Below, in pieces: positions 28,514 to 37,789 of a stretch of DNA of 51,188 nucleotides. The stretch covers positions 1 through 51,188 of the forward strand of contig CAXHAT010000029.1 in assembly GCA_964014485.1 (NCBI GenBank), written 5' to 3'. Both the position numbers and the translations under genes were made by a program. A model generated the notes under the pieces. The model made no database searches and was not told the DNA's origin. It saw only the letters and a list, made by a program, of their open reading frames with translations. The DNA comes from an uncultured Deferribacteres bacterium (GTDB taxonomy: Bacteria > Zhuqueibacterota > Zhuqueibacteria > Zhuqueibacterales > Geothermadaptataceae). Every line of letters begins with the position of its first letter. The first letter of the stretch is position 1.

Positions 28514-31225
28514 TTATTCACCGCTCTGCTGCGGCGTTATTGGTGCGAGAAATTCTTGCTTTTCTTCTGGCGTCAATTGACGTTTTACAATTCGCTCGAT
28601 TTGGGTCGCTAGCGATTCGGGGGCGGTTGTCCAGAAACGGATTTTTTTGTCTGAACTGCCGGAGATCACGGTTTTGCCGTCCTTGCCGAAAGTCACGTCC
28701 CAAATCCAGGCGGCGTTGTCATCCAGCACAATCGGGTTGATTTGCGTATTGCGAATGTTCCACAGTCTGACCGTTCCGTCTTCGCCTCCAGAAGCCAGCA
28801 TGGTCCCGTCAGGATTAAAATCGACGGAATTGACCCCGCCTGCATGGCCTCGGAGCGCAACGGCTTCCTGCAAGCCTTTTTTAAGATTCCAAAGCCAAAC
28901 GTTGCCGTCCGCGCCCGCCGCCGCAATGGCCCCGGTCGCGCTAAAATCGATGTCGCGAAGCATGCTCGACGGATTCGGCAGGACGATTGGCCCGCTCTGT
29001 AATTTTTCCAGATTCCAAAGCAAAACCAGGCTGTCGAGGCCGCAGGAAATCATTGCCTGCCCGTTGTCGCTGAACTTGACGGCGTGAACGCTCGCACGGT
29101 GTGATTTCAAGGAGTCGATCTGGATAAGTTCCGCTTCGGCGTTCCAAAGGCGGATCGTACTGTCGGCGCCAGCCGTTGCGAGAAGCGAACCGTCCGGGCT
29201 AAAAGTGATTGCCCATACCCAGCCCGTGTGTCCCGTCAGACGCGTTGGTCCAGCCTTGCGGTTTGCCAAATCCCAGACCAGCACGCTCAAGTCGTCGCCG
29301 CCGCTAACGATTTTGCCGCCGTCCGGGCTAAAAGTAAGAACGCGCACGCTGCCCATTTGCTTACCGACGGTTTCCGGTTGCGTCGGATTGTCGATGCGCC
29401 AGACGCGGATCGTACTGTCGGCCCCGCCGGAAGCGAAGGTTTGTCCGTCCGGACTTATTGCAATAGACATGGCCCAGTCTTCGTGCGCCGCAAGCGTCTT
29501 TGGGCCGCCGAGGCGTTGGTCGCCGGAAATCTCGGGGGAGTTTAACGTCACCCGCAACGCATTGTAAACTTCATTGATAAAAAAGCCGGGGCTGCGTTTG
29601 TTCAAAGTATGCGCACGTTTCGCCAGCAACGCCGCCAACGTGTCACGTCCTCCTTGCCGCTGTAACGTTATTGCCTGTAGAGCAATGTCGCGAGCGAAAA
29701 CGCCGTTGGTGGTGCGTTGGAGTGCAAATTGGCGTTGAGTTGCAATATCTCTCGCCGCAGCCGCCGCCTGGGCACTGTCGGCAGCTAAAGCTTCATTACG
29801 CTCCGCTTCTTTTCTAGCTTCAGCTTCCGCTAATCGTGCAAGAGTTTCTTCGTTCTTTAAACTATCAGAAATGGCTGCTTGTCTAAGTGCGACAGCTTTT
29901 TGTCTGGACTCTTCTATTTTTAAACTATCCGCAACTCGCTGGCCATCTAAAGCGGTCTGCGCTTTTTCTGCTTCCACTTCCGCCCTTTTTGCTTGTGCAT
30001 CTTCTGCAAGCTTCGCCTGTCTTGATTGCTCAAGAAAAAAGTATGCTACGAAGCCTAAAGCAACAATTAGCGAAATAACGAGCGCTGCGAACGCATATTT
30101 AGCTCTTTTGACCACAGTCGGCGTTAAAAATTTATCCGGCCAGTGCTTGTCGATCCATTTGCGATCAAAGACGATTTTGTAGATCGGGTTGCGTACGATC
30201 AGGCTGGTTCCGTCGCGCCGGACAATTCCGCTGAGTTTCAGGCGGGTAAGCGTTTGGGATTGCTCATCGTCTTCATAAGGTTTTTTGCCCAGACGAATCG
30301 CTTTGTAAGCTTCCATAATTTCAGACTGATCAGATGCATCAGCTGTGATCCAATTTTGGACATATTGCAGGTTATCGTCCTGCGTGCTCATTTTGCCGAA
30401 AAACGTACGTCCGACCAAGCGGTCTACGTCGTTTTCTGAAAAGCGGCGGTTTCGATTTTCCGGGAGTTCTCTGGCGATCGTCGCACAGGTTTTCTGGGTG
30501 AGGTAAGGGTGGCCGCCGGTCCATTTCAAAATCCAGCGTAAAATATCCCGTCCGTCTTCTTGTTCGCGATCAAAGCCCGCAGCAAGCGGCAAGGCTTCGT
30601 CGTAAGAAAAATCGGTCACTTCAACGCGTTTGCCAATATTGAACGGCGTCCGGCGATGATCTTTTATCAATTCGCTCGGCGTAGCGACGCCGACGAGGAC
30701 AAAAGAAAGGCGCTGATACTCGGAATTCTCAGAACGCCTGTTGTACAAAGCACGAATGGTGGCGAAGAAATCGTCGGTAAAATCCATTCGCAGAGTTGTG
30801 TCAATTTCGTCTATAAAAATGACCACCGGCGTTTCAATTTCCGCCAGAAGCACGTCGTCAAAATACTCAAACAGGCGCTGGACAAAACCTATCTGACTCT
30901 GCTCTTGCCACCAGTCGAGAATCTCCGCTTCCAATCCGAGCGATTTATGAATGCGAAACAATAGCCCGAAATACCACTCTTCCGCCGAAAGGTTAACGCC
31001 AACTTCATTCAAATCGATTTGAACCGTTTTGACGCCTTTCTCTTCTAGCGCTTGAGACGTTCGAACCATCAGACTAGACTTGCCAACCTGTCGTGAGGAC
31101 AAAACGTAAGCGAATTCTCCCGCTTCGCACAGCGTTTGCAGTTCCGTGTCCGCGTTGCGTGCCACATAAAAGGGATCGTTCGGATTGACGTTGCCGCCAA
31201 CGGTGTATTGCATCCGATCAGCCAA
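28514..31225 (-). CDS. AAA_35-like (STAND-type) P-loop NTPase - TM - coiled coil - 7 WD40 repeats (TTG 31225 or ATG 31213 start)
   Basis: YVARNAD, Walker A LSSRQVGKSS, Walker B VVIFIDEID, TPFNIG, WTGGHPYLTQ; TM YAFAALVISLIVALGFVAYFFL; seven WD40 repeats counted. Confidence 0.9.
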   Translation of the reverse strand: MADRMQYTVGGNVNPNDPFYVARNADTELQTLCEAGEFAYVLSSRQVGKSSLMVRTSQALEEKGVKTVQIDLNEVGVNLSAEEWYFGLLFRIHKSLGLEAEILDWWQEQSQIGFVQRLFEYFDDVLLAEIETPVVIFIDEIDTTLRMDFTDDFFATIRALYNRRSENSEYQRLSFVLVGVATPSELIKDHRRTPFNIGKRVEVTDFSYDEALPLAAGFDREQEDGRDILRWILKWTGGHPYLTQKTCATIARELPENRNRRFSENDVDRLVGRTFFGKMSTQDDNLQYVQNWITADASDQSEIMEAYKAIRLGKKPYEDDEQSQTLTRLKLSGIVRRDGTSLIVRNPIYKIVFDRKWIDKHWPDKFLTPTVVKRAKYAFAALVISLIVALGFVAYFFLEQSRQAKLAEDAQAKRAEVEAEKAQTALDGQRVADSLKIEESRQKAVALRQAAISDSLKNEETLARLAEAEARKEAERNEALAADSAQAAAAARDIATQRQFALQRTTNGVFARDIALQAITLQRQGGRDTLAALLAKRAHTLNKRSPGFFINEVYNALRVTLNSPEISGDQRLGGPKTLAAHEDWAMSIAISPDGQTFASGGADSTIRVWRIDNPTQPETVGKQMGSVRVLTFSPDGGKIVSGGDDLSVLVWDLANRKAGPTRLTGHTGWVWAITFSPDGSLLATAGADSTIRLWNAEAELIQIDSLKSHRASVHAVKFSDNGQAMISCGLDSLVLLWNLEKLQSGPIVLPNPSSMLRDIDFSATGAIAAAGADGNVWLWNLKKGLQEAVALRGHAGGVNSVDFNPDGTMLASGGEDGTVRLWNIRNTQINPIVLDDNAAWIWDVTFGKDGKTVISGSSDKKIRFWTTAPESLATQIERIVKRQLTPEEKQEFLAPITPQQSGE

Positions 31226-33338
31226 TTAAGTTCTCCCTAAAATATTGTCTGTAAAGCTCGCAGCGGACGACTTGCCTTTGCCCGTCCATGCGGACAAGTC
31301 CCGCTCCCTCAAGCCGCCGGAAAACGGTTTGGTCGTTGCATTTCCATCTTCGATTAATGCGTTTCAGGCCGTCAATCAATTCCGGGTAGCCTTGTAAGCG
31401 GTAAACAATGCGGCGCAGGTGGTCGCCAAACGGGCCCAAGTTGTCTTTGGCGTTTTCAAAAAGTGCAGTCGGCGAATGCTGTTTGCTCGCAACGACGTTG
31501 TAGGCTTTTCGAATCAAGTACGGATGTCCGCCGACCAGATCGTACAACTGGTTCACCTGGAGAGGGTTCAAAGGGTTGTGGTAACGCTCATTGAGATCGC
31601 TGACCTGTTTCATTGTAAAGTCAGGCAATAAAACGGATTGTCCCACATTGAACGGGCTCTGGTTAAGATTTTGAATAAACTGGTAGGGTTCGGTTGAAGT
31701 CACAAGAATGAGATCAAGTTTTTTCCAAACAGGTTTTTGCGGGTTTTGACGGCTGTTATGCCACGCGCGCAGCATGCCGAAAAAATTGTCGGTGAAGCCC
31801 GTGGCAAACACGCGGTCAACCTCATCCATCGCAAGAACAAGGTCGCCGTCCAATTTTTTCAAGATATAATCTTCAACATAAGAAGTGCAGCGCATAATAT
31901 TGCCCAACGGCAATTGCCAGAATTTTTCCGCCTGATCTTCTATCTTCAAATTATAGCTCAAGGCGCGACAAAATTGGGTAAAAAAGATGGTTTCATCTTC
32001 GAACATCGATTTATCGAACTGCTGGAAATCGAGCATGACAATCGATTTTCCAATTTTGGCCGCTTCCGCTGTAGTGCGCACAAGAAGAGAGCTTTTGCCG
32101 ATTTGTCTTGGGCCTTTGATCGTAATCGTTGCGCCGTTTCCGCTGCGGACACCATCGATTGCAATATGATCGACTTCACGCTCAACATAAAAACGTGAAT
32201 TCGGCGCCATAGCGCCTTCTACTGTCTCCAGAATTTGTGACGATATTTGCGAATCTTCTTTTCCAAGATATTTTGTGCGCTCGCTCAATTCTTCCGGAGC
32301 GAAAACGGAAATTTCCGCCGTCTTCTCATGGTCCGCTTGCTCTTTCTTGAGATCGACCAAAAGCTCGTCCATGTATTGATAACGCTGCTGCAGATCTTTC
32401 GTGAGGGCTCTGGAAATAATTCGCTGCAAACCGCTCGTGGCGTCGCTCCGATATTTGTTCAAGGGTTGCGGCAGTTGATCGCGAACCTTGGAAAAAACCT
32501 CACCGAGCAGTTTGCCAAAGGGTCGTTCTTTCGTTATCATTTCGTAAATAATCACGCCGACCGCCCAAATATCCGTGCGTCGGTCGACGTTGCTTGAGCT
32601 TTCCAATTGTTCCGGCGACATGTAGGCCGGCGTTCCCATGCTCACCCCGGGCAGCGTAATGCCGGAGTCCGTCTTGCCAGGCGACTCATCTTGCTTCTTC
32701 AATTTTGCCAGGCCGAAATCGACGATTTTCACGCGTCCGGCTTTGTCTAGTAATATGTTTTCCGGCTTTAAATCCCGGTGAATTATATTTTGTTCATGCG
32801 CGTGGATGCTGCGCATACCGTCGCAAATCTGAATCGCGACTTCAAGAACTTCGTAAATCTCCAAGTCTCGCGCTCGAATGAGCTGGCGCAGCGATTTGCC
32901 GTCAATAAACTCCATCACCAGATACGGCAGGGTCAACCTGTCCTTTTCGCGTACGCCAAAATCGAAAATGGTAATGATATTCGGATGCATGATGGAAGCG
33001 GCTGCCGTTGCCTCGGTTTGAAAACGGCTCACCATCTCGTCGTCATTGACAAATTTGGCTCTCAGAATTTTGACAGCCGCAAGTCGCCCCATATTTACGT
33101 CTTTCGCCAAGTAGACTTCGCCCATCGCGCCGCCGCCGATTTTCTCTTCAATCCGGTAGCGCCCAACCTGCTCGCCAAGTTCAAGCGCCTCTTCGCGTTT
33201 TTCACCACTTGCGGATGACTTGCGTGTTCCCTCACTGTGGTCGGTGGCCGGTTCCTGCGGTTCGTCGCCAATCCATACGTCGAGCGTAGCTCTCAGCTTT
33301 TTGAGAAAATTGCGCATAAAAGCGCTTTGCGTCGCCAT
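31218..33338 (-). CDS. Hanks-type Ser/Thr kinase fused to C-terminal AAA_35-like NTPase
   Basis: GGGAMGEVY, AVKIL, HRDLKPEN, DFG, GTPAYMSPE; then FYVERE, GPRQIGKSS, LAMDEVD, SPFNVG, GGHPYL; no TM segment; GGAGGAG RBS. Confidence 0.92.
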   Translation of the reverse strand: MATQSAFMRNFLKKLRATLDVWIGDEPQEPATDHSEGTRKSSASGEKREEALELGEQVGRYRIEEKIGGGAMGEVYLAKDVNMGRLAAVKILRAKFVNDDEMVSRFQTEATAAASIMHPNIITIFDFGVREKDRLTLPYLVMEFIDGKSLRQLIRARDLEIYEVLEVAIQICDGMRSIHAHEQNIIHRDLKPENILLDKAGRVKIVDFGLAKLKKQDESPGKTDSGITLPGVSMGTPAYMSPEQLESSSNVDRRTDIWAVGVIIYEMITKERPFGKLLGEVFSKVRDQLPQPLNKYRSDATSGLQRIISRALTKDLQQRYQYMDELLVDLKKEQADHEKTAEISVFAPEELSERTKYLGKEDSQISSQILETVEGAMAPNSRFYVEREVDHIAIDGVRSGNGATITIKGPRQIGKSSLLVRTTAEAAKIGKSIVMLDFQQFDKSMFEDETIFFTQFCRALSYNLKIEDQAEKFWQLPLGNIMRCTSYVEDYILKKLDGDLVLAMDEVDRVFATGFTDNFFGMLRAWHNSRQNPQKPVWKKLDLILVTSTEPYQFIQNLNQSPFNVGQSVLLPDFTMKQVSDLNERYHNPLNPLQVNQLYDLVGGHPYLIRKAYNVVASKQHSPTALFENAKDNLGPFGDHLRRIVYRLQGYPELIDGLKRINRRWKCNDQTVFRRLEGAGLVRMDGQRQVVRCELYRQYFRENLIG

Positions 33339-33853
33339 TGTCTCTCCTCCGCACTAATCGTGTCGCTTTCAAAGCATGCTCAGGTGTTCTGATTTTAAAA
33401 GAGTTCTGAATTTATTTGAAAAGCAGGTCGGCTTGTGGAGAGCGGCAAGGTTGGAACCCGCTTGAGCAGGAATATACAAGTTCGGCAAAAATGCATAATA
33501 AACCCCTGGACAAGTTCCCCCGCGATTTGCGCCAAAAACAATCAGCGCATTTAACATGTGGATCAACCTATGTTAATACGATTAAACGTCCAAGCGTTTC
33601 TCGTCCGGAAGCAGAGTCGATCCTTTCGACGTAACGTGCGGATAATCTTCCGCAGTTGTGAAATAAATCGGAGGCCGAAGTGTTACAAACCGAAAATCCG
33701 TTACATTGTTCTCGCCAAATTCCTACCCGCCACTCAGAGTCGCAGATTCCTGACGCATCAGCATTTTTCAGTTCAAATCATAATAAAAAGCGTGGGCGAA
33801 ATTCTTCTCCAAGTCAGCTTGATAACCTTTTCGTCCTGGTATACGCTAATTTC

Positions 33854-33868
33854 TGGCACAGTAATCGC
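33854..33868 (+). promoter_or_regulatory. Candidate sigma-54 (-24/-12) promoter upstream of the ECF sigma gene
   Basis: TGGCACAGTAATCGC vs consensus TGGCACGNNNNTTGC; GG and GC correctly spaced. Confidence 0.35.
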
Positions 33869-33935
33869 GATAGGTTGCGGCGTTGGTTGGCAATTTGATT
33901 CTCAATGACTTTCATGCTCATCCCGCCTGATCGAA

Positions 33936-34772
33936 TTGTCGAAAGTAAAACTCAAATTTAGGGGATTTGGAATGTTAGTACACTACTCTCACACAGCTAA
34001 ATGCACGGGGCTTGATCCGGGCAAACGAGCGATTCTGAAAGCGCTGCCTCAACTTGCCGAAAACGATCACAGCGCAACGACGCAATCAAAAGCGATTCCG
34101 TCCGACTTCCGCACATTGTCACATTTAGAGTTGGTTAGGTTTTTGGGCGATCATCCCGGAAATAATGCGGCATGGCATGAATTCCGGGAGCGCTTTCACA
34201 AACGCATCTATCATCGAATCGTGCGCACATGCAAACGCATTGGCTATCGCGAAGGCGTCAGGCATGCTGAAGATTTGACGCAAGAGGTTTACATCAAGCT
34301 TCTGAACAAAAATGCAAAAGCTTTGAAAACGTATGAAGGCCTCTGGGAAAACACCGTTTATTGCTTTCTGGACGTGATTGCAGAGCGCACCGCCAAATTG
34401 AATTGGGAGCGATCAAACATGCAAAAACGGATTCCGCAGAATAAGTGCAAATCGATTCATGCACCCGTTCACTCCGCTTCAAAAGATGACGCCATTTCGA
34501 TTCTCGGCACAATCGATTCGAATTCTTCACTTGATGCGCAACGTTACGCCGACGTTCTGGACGCGTTGCAAGTTTGCCTCGGCCATCTGCTCCGCAACAA
34601 GCTGCACGGCAAACGCGACATGCAAATTTTTCACCTGTACTTCGTCGAAGGTCAGACTTCTGAAGAAATTGCGCAAACGCCCGAAATCGGTATTTCGCCC
34701 AAACGCGTGGCCAATAGAATCACGGAGTTAAAGCGGCAGGTTTCCGCACATTGGCGAAAGTATGTGAATTAG
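33936..34772 (+). CDS. ECF-type sigma-70 factor with N-terminal extension (start may be ATG 33972)
   Basis: Sigma-2 AAWHEFRERFHKRIY..HAEDLTQEVYIKL; sigma-4 RDMQIFHLYFVEGQTSEEIAQ..ISPKRVANRITELK. Confidence 0.88.
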   Translation: MSKVKLKFRGFGMLVHYSHTAKCTGLDPGKRAILKALPQLAENDHSATTQSKAIPSDFRTLSHLELVRFLGDHPGNNAAWHEFRERFHKRIYHRIVRTCKRIGYREGVRHAEDLTQEVYIKLLNKNAKALKTYEGLWENTVYCFLDVIAERTAKLNWERSNMQKRIPQNKCKSIHAPVHSASKDDAISILGTIDSNSSLDAQRYADVLDALQVCLGHLLRNKLHGKRDMQIFHLYFVEGQTSEEIAQTPEIGISPKRVANRITELKRQVSAHWRKYVN

Positions 34773-35179
34773 GATGACGTTAAAGAAGGCAGCGCATAAG
34801 TGCAAACAACATGCGCAAGAAGTTGGTTGTTTTTTTCCGAGATTAGTTCCACCTCGCCGACCGCCAGGCGCTTGCCGACTTTCAAAAGTTTGGCAAACGC
34901 AAGCACATCATCGGCCGGAGGTCTTCTCAGAAAATTGATGTTCAGATTTGAAGTAACAGCTTCATAAACAGGACCAAGCTCAGCCAGGACGGCTATGTAT
35001 ATTGCGGCGTCGGCCAGGGTCATGAGAGCAGGCCCGGACACAGTGCCGCCGTATCGCAAATGCTTCTCTTCCACGATTAGCCGCAGGCGCGCTCTTCCCT
35101 CGCCTGCGGCTTCTATTTTAAATGTTTTCGCTTGCCCGTCAAAAAACGCTCGCAGTTCTTCCAGCGTCAATCCCGCCAT
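34769..35179 (-). CDS. PaaI-family hotdog thioesterase
   Basis: LRYGGTVSGPALMTLAD, AVTSNLNINFLRRP, LKVGKRLAVGEV. Confidence 0.92.
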   Translation of the reverse strand: MAGLTLEELRAFFDGQAKTFKIEAAGEGRARLRLIVEEKHLRYGGTVSGPALMTLADAAIYIAVLAELGPVYEAVTSNLNINFLRRPPADDVLAFAKLLKVGKRLAVGEVELISEKNNQLLAHVVCTYALPSLTSS

Positions 35180-36249
35180 AGCTCATGAATCCGGTTTTTG
35201 CGAATTGCCGCAGCCGCCGTTTTTGCCCCGGCCTTGACAACGAAATGAAGCTGCGCAAATCGTTTGTCTTTTGTAAATCCACGCTCAAATCTGGCGAAAA
35301 TTTGCTGGATGATCACGGCGATTTTGTACATGCCGTAGACATAATAAAACAGCGGTTCAAAAGGCACTCTCCCGCTCATTTTCACGTATCGCTCCACAAA
35401 ACTGCGCCTGTCGAGATTGCCCGGCAAACGCGTTAGCCCAAACATGCGCAACTCGGCGGGATCATTTTCTTCCGCCCAATACGCAAGCGTCGTTCCCAAA
35501 TCCATCAGCGGATCGCCAATAGTCGCCATTTCCCAATCCAAAACGGCGGTGATTTCCGCAAGGTTTTCAGGATTGAGAATGATGTTGTCATACTTAAAAT
35601 CGTTGTGAATCAGAGCGCCGGGATTCTCGCTCGGCAAATTTTCGCTCAACCATTCCCCGACCGATTCCATATCTTCAATCTCTTCCGTTTTGGCGGCGGC
35701 GTACCTTTTTCGCCAACCGGAGATTTGTCGTTCGATGTAGCCCTCGGGCTTTCCAAGATCGCCCAGGCCGGCGCGCTCAAAGTCTACGCTGTGAAGTTCA
35801 GCGAATGCGTCAACAAATGCGGTTGACAATTTTCGCATGGTTTCGGTGCTCAAATCAACGCCGGCCGGCGGCTTTGCACGCAAAATTACGCCGGTCACAC
35901 GTTCCATGACGTAAAACGGCGCGCCCAAAACATCAGCGTCGTCGCAACAGAGCAACGCGTTCGGCGCCTTGGGATAAACATTGTGCAGCCTGGAAAGAAT
36001 GCGGTACTCGCGCCCCATGTCGTGAGCGGATTTGATATTCGCGCCGAACGGCGGACGGCGCAGCACAAGCTCTCGCGAGCCGAACTTCAGAAGATAGGTT
36101 AAATTGGAAAAGCCGCCGGGAAATTGCAAGATTTCAAGCTTTCCCTCGACGTTTGGCAGGTTATCTTTCAAATAAGTTTCAAGTCGTTCAAGGTCTAAAT
36201 CTTCCCCTGAACGAATCTCCCCCGGTGCGTCTATACTTCCGTGCGACAC
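35167..36249 (-). CDS. APH-family phosphotransferase (ACAD10/11 kinase domain / LvaA-like); GTG start
   Basis: QFPGGFSNLTY, VLRRPP, SAHDMGREY, LIHNDFKYDN, VLDWEMATIGDPLMDL. Confidence 0.92.
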   Translation of the reverse strand: MSHGSIDAPGEIRSGEDLDLERLETYLKDNLPNVEGKLEILQFPGGFSNLTYLLKFGSRELVLRRPPFGANIKSAHDMGREYRILSRLHNVYPKAPNALLCCDDADVLGAPFYVMERVTGVILRAKPPAGVDLSTETMRKLSTAFVDAFAELHSVDFERAGLGDLGKPEGYIERQISGWRKRYAAAKTEEIEDMESVGEWLSENLPSENPGALIHNDFKYDNIILNPENLAEITAVLDWEMATIGDPLMDLGTTLAYWAEENDPAELRMFGLTRLPGNLDRRSFVERYVKMSGRVPFEPLFYYVYGMYKIAVIIQQIFARFERGFTKDKRFAQLHFVVKAGAKTAAAAIRKNRIHELWRD

Positions 36250-36277
36250 TCATCCCTCCTCAAAACATCGAAAACGC

Positions 36278-36547
36278 CTACATCACCATCGCAATGTCCG
36301 GACTCTGTTTTAATTTTTCAAAAATTGATGTGCGGTGGCGTTCGTCGGTAACGATTGTTACAAGACTCAAACTGATATACTTGCCGCGTGAGCTGGTTTT
36401 TGAAAAGTTCAATTTGTACTCGTTCTCCCCCATGATCTGCGCAATTGCCGCGCGGAGCTTTTCTTCGTTTCCGCCAATTACCGTGTATCGCCACTCGCGC
36501 GGATAGGTCAGTTCGAGACTTTCTTCGATATCATTGATGTTCAGCAT
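36278..36547 (-). CDS. DUF493/YbeD-like small ACT-fold protein
   Basis: LTYPREWRYTVIG, SSRGKYISLSL, ending IAMVM. Confidence 0.85.
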   Translation of the reverse strand: MLNINDIEESLELTYPREWRYTVIGGNEEKLRAAIAQIMGENEYKLNFSKTSSRGKYISLSLVTIVTDERHRTSIFEKLKQSPDIAMVM

Positions 36548-36571
36548 GTCTACCTCTCAAAATAAACCCGG

Positions 36572-37780
36572 TTATTTTTTGACGTCGACGCCGTATTTTT
36601 TTAATAATGTACGTGCAAGCACTGACTTATGCACTTCGTCCGGACCGTCATAAATTCGTGAAGCGCGCTCGTGACGATAGTAAAACGAAAGAATCGTGTC
36701 GTCCGTCATCCCGGCGGCGCCGTGGGTTTGAATAGCGCGGTCGATCACCTTCATCATGACATTAGCGACGAAAAACTTGATCGTTGAGATTTCAGTCCTC
36801 GCGGCGTAGGTTCCCTTGGCGTCGATCAGGGCCGCTGTGTTGAGCACCATGAAGCGCGCGGCGTCAATTTCGGCTCGACTTTCCGCGATCCAATTCTGGA
36901 CAGTTTGCTGTTTGCCCAAAACGCGTCCGGGGGAAATTTCCCGCGTCGCGGCGCGCTGACACATCATATCCAGCGCACGTTCAGAAATCCCGACCCACCG
37001 CATGCAATGATGGATGCGCCCCGGGCCGAGCCGCGTTTGCGCCAGCGTAAAGCCCTGACCTTCTCCTCCCAGAAGATTTTCCTGCGGCACGCGAACGTCC
37101 GTGAAACGCACCTCAGCGTGGCTAAAATAATCGCTTCCCGCTTCGCCCATAATCGGGATATTTCGAATCAACTCAAAGCCGGGCGTATCGAGCGGGACGA
37201 TAATTTGACTGGCTCTCTGGTAAGGGTTTTGAGCTTCAAGATTTGTCTGCGCCATCACAATCGCGAAATCCGCGCCGTCCGCCGAGGAGGTGAACCATTT
37301 GTGGCCGTTGATGACGTAATCATCGCCGTCTTTTTTGGCGGTCGTGCTCATCCACACAGGATTTGAGCCTGCGTGTTCCGGTTCGGTCATCGCGAAACAA
37401 CTGCGAATTTCCCCGGCAATCAACGGCTTGAGAAATTTTTCTTTTTGCGCTTCCGTGCCGAATTCAAGTAAAATTTCCGTATTGCCAATGTCCGGCGCCT
37501 GGCAATTAAACAGGTAATGCCCAAGCGGCGAATGCGCCAGGACTTCGCTCACATGCCCGAATTCATAGAGCGACAAGCCAAGCCCGCCCAGGTTTTTAGG
37601 CAAATGCGGCGTCCAAAGCCCAAGCGACTTGACGCGCTTCCGTTTTTCATCAAGCGCGTTTTTCAGTTCGTCAAACTTTTGCTCCAGAAGCAACGGCTCC
37701 AGCGGCACGGCTTCTTCTATCACAAATTCGCGGATTCGAGTCAGAATCTCAGCAAGCTCTTCGCTCTTCTGTAAAAGCAT
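36572..37780 (-). CDS. Acyl-CoA dehydrogenase (ACAD10/11 / LvaC-like)
   Basis: FNCQAPDIGNTEIL, RSCFAMTEP, AQTRLGPGRIHHCMR, RIYDGPDEVH. Confidence 0.93.
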   Translation of the reverse strand: MLLQKSEELAEILTRIREFVIEEAVPLEPLLLEQKFDELKNALDEKRKRVKSLGLWTPHLPKNLGGLGLSLYEFGHVSEVLAHSPLGHYLFNCQAPDIGNTEILLEFGTEAQKEKFLKPLIAGEIRSCFAMTEPEHAGSNPVWMSTTAKKDGDDYVINGHKWFTSSADGADFAIVMAQTNLEAQNPYQRASQIIVPLDTPGFELIRNIPIMGEAGSDYFSHAEVRFTDVRVPQENLLGGEGQGFTLAQTRLGPGRIHHCMRWVGISERALDMMCQRAATREISPGRVLGKQQTVQNWIAESRAEIDAARFMVLNTAALIDAKGTYAARTEISTIKFFVANVMMKVIDRAIQTHGAAGMTDDTILSFYYRHERASRIYDGPDEVHKSVLARTLLKKYGVDVKK

Positions 37781-37789
37781 TCTCTCGGC

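Noticed and set aside
33369..33908. Small ORFs in the kinase-ECF spacer as an anti-sigma factor or peptide
   Set aside because: Mutually overlapping, with no clear RBS or ZAS/anti-sigma motif; cannot be supported
35167..36249. Aminoglycoside resistance kinase
   Set aside because: Motifs and acyl-CoA dehydrogenase context indicate the ACAD10/11-LvaA metabolic subfamily
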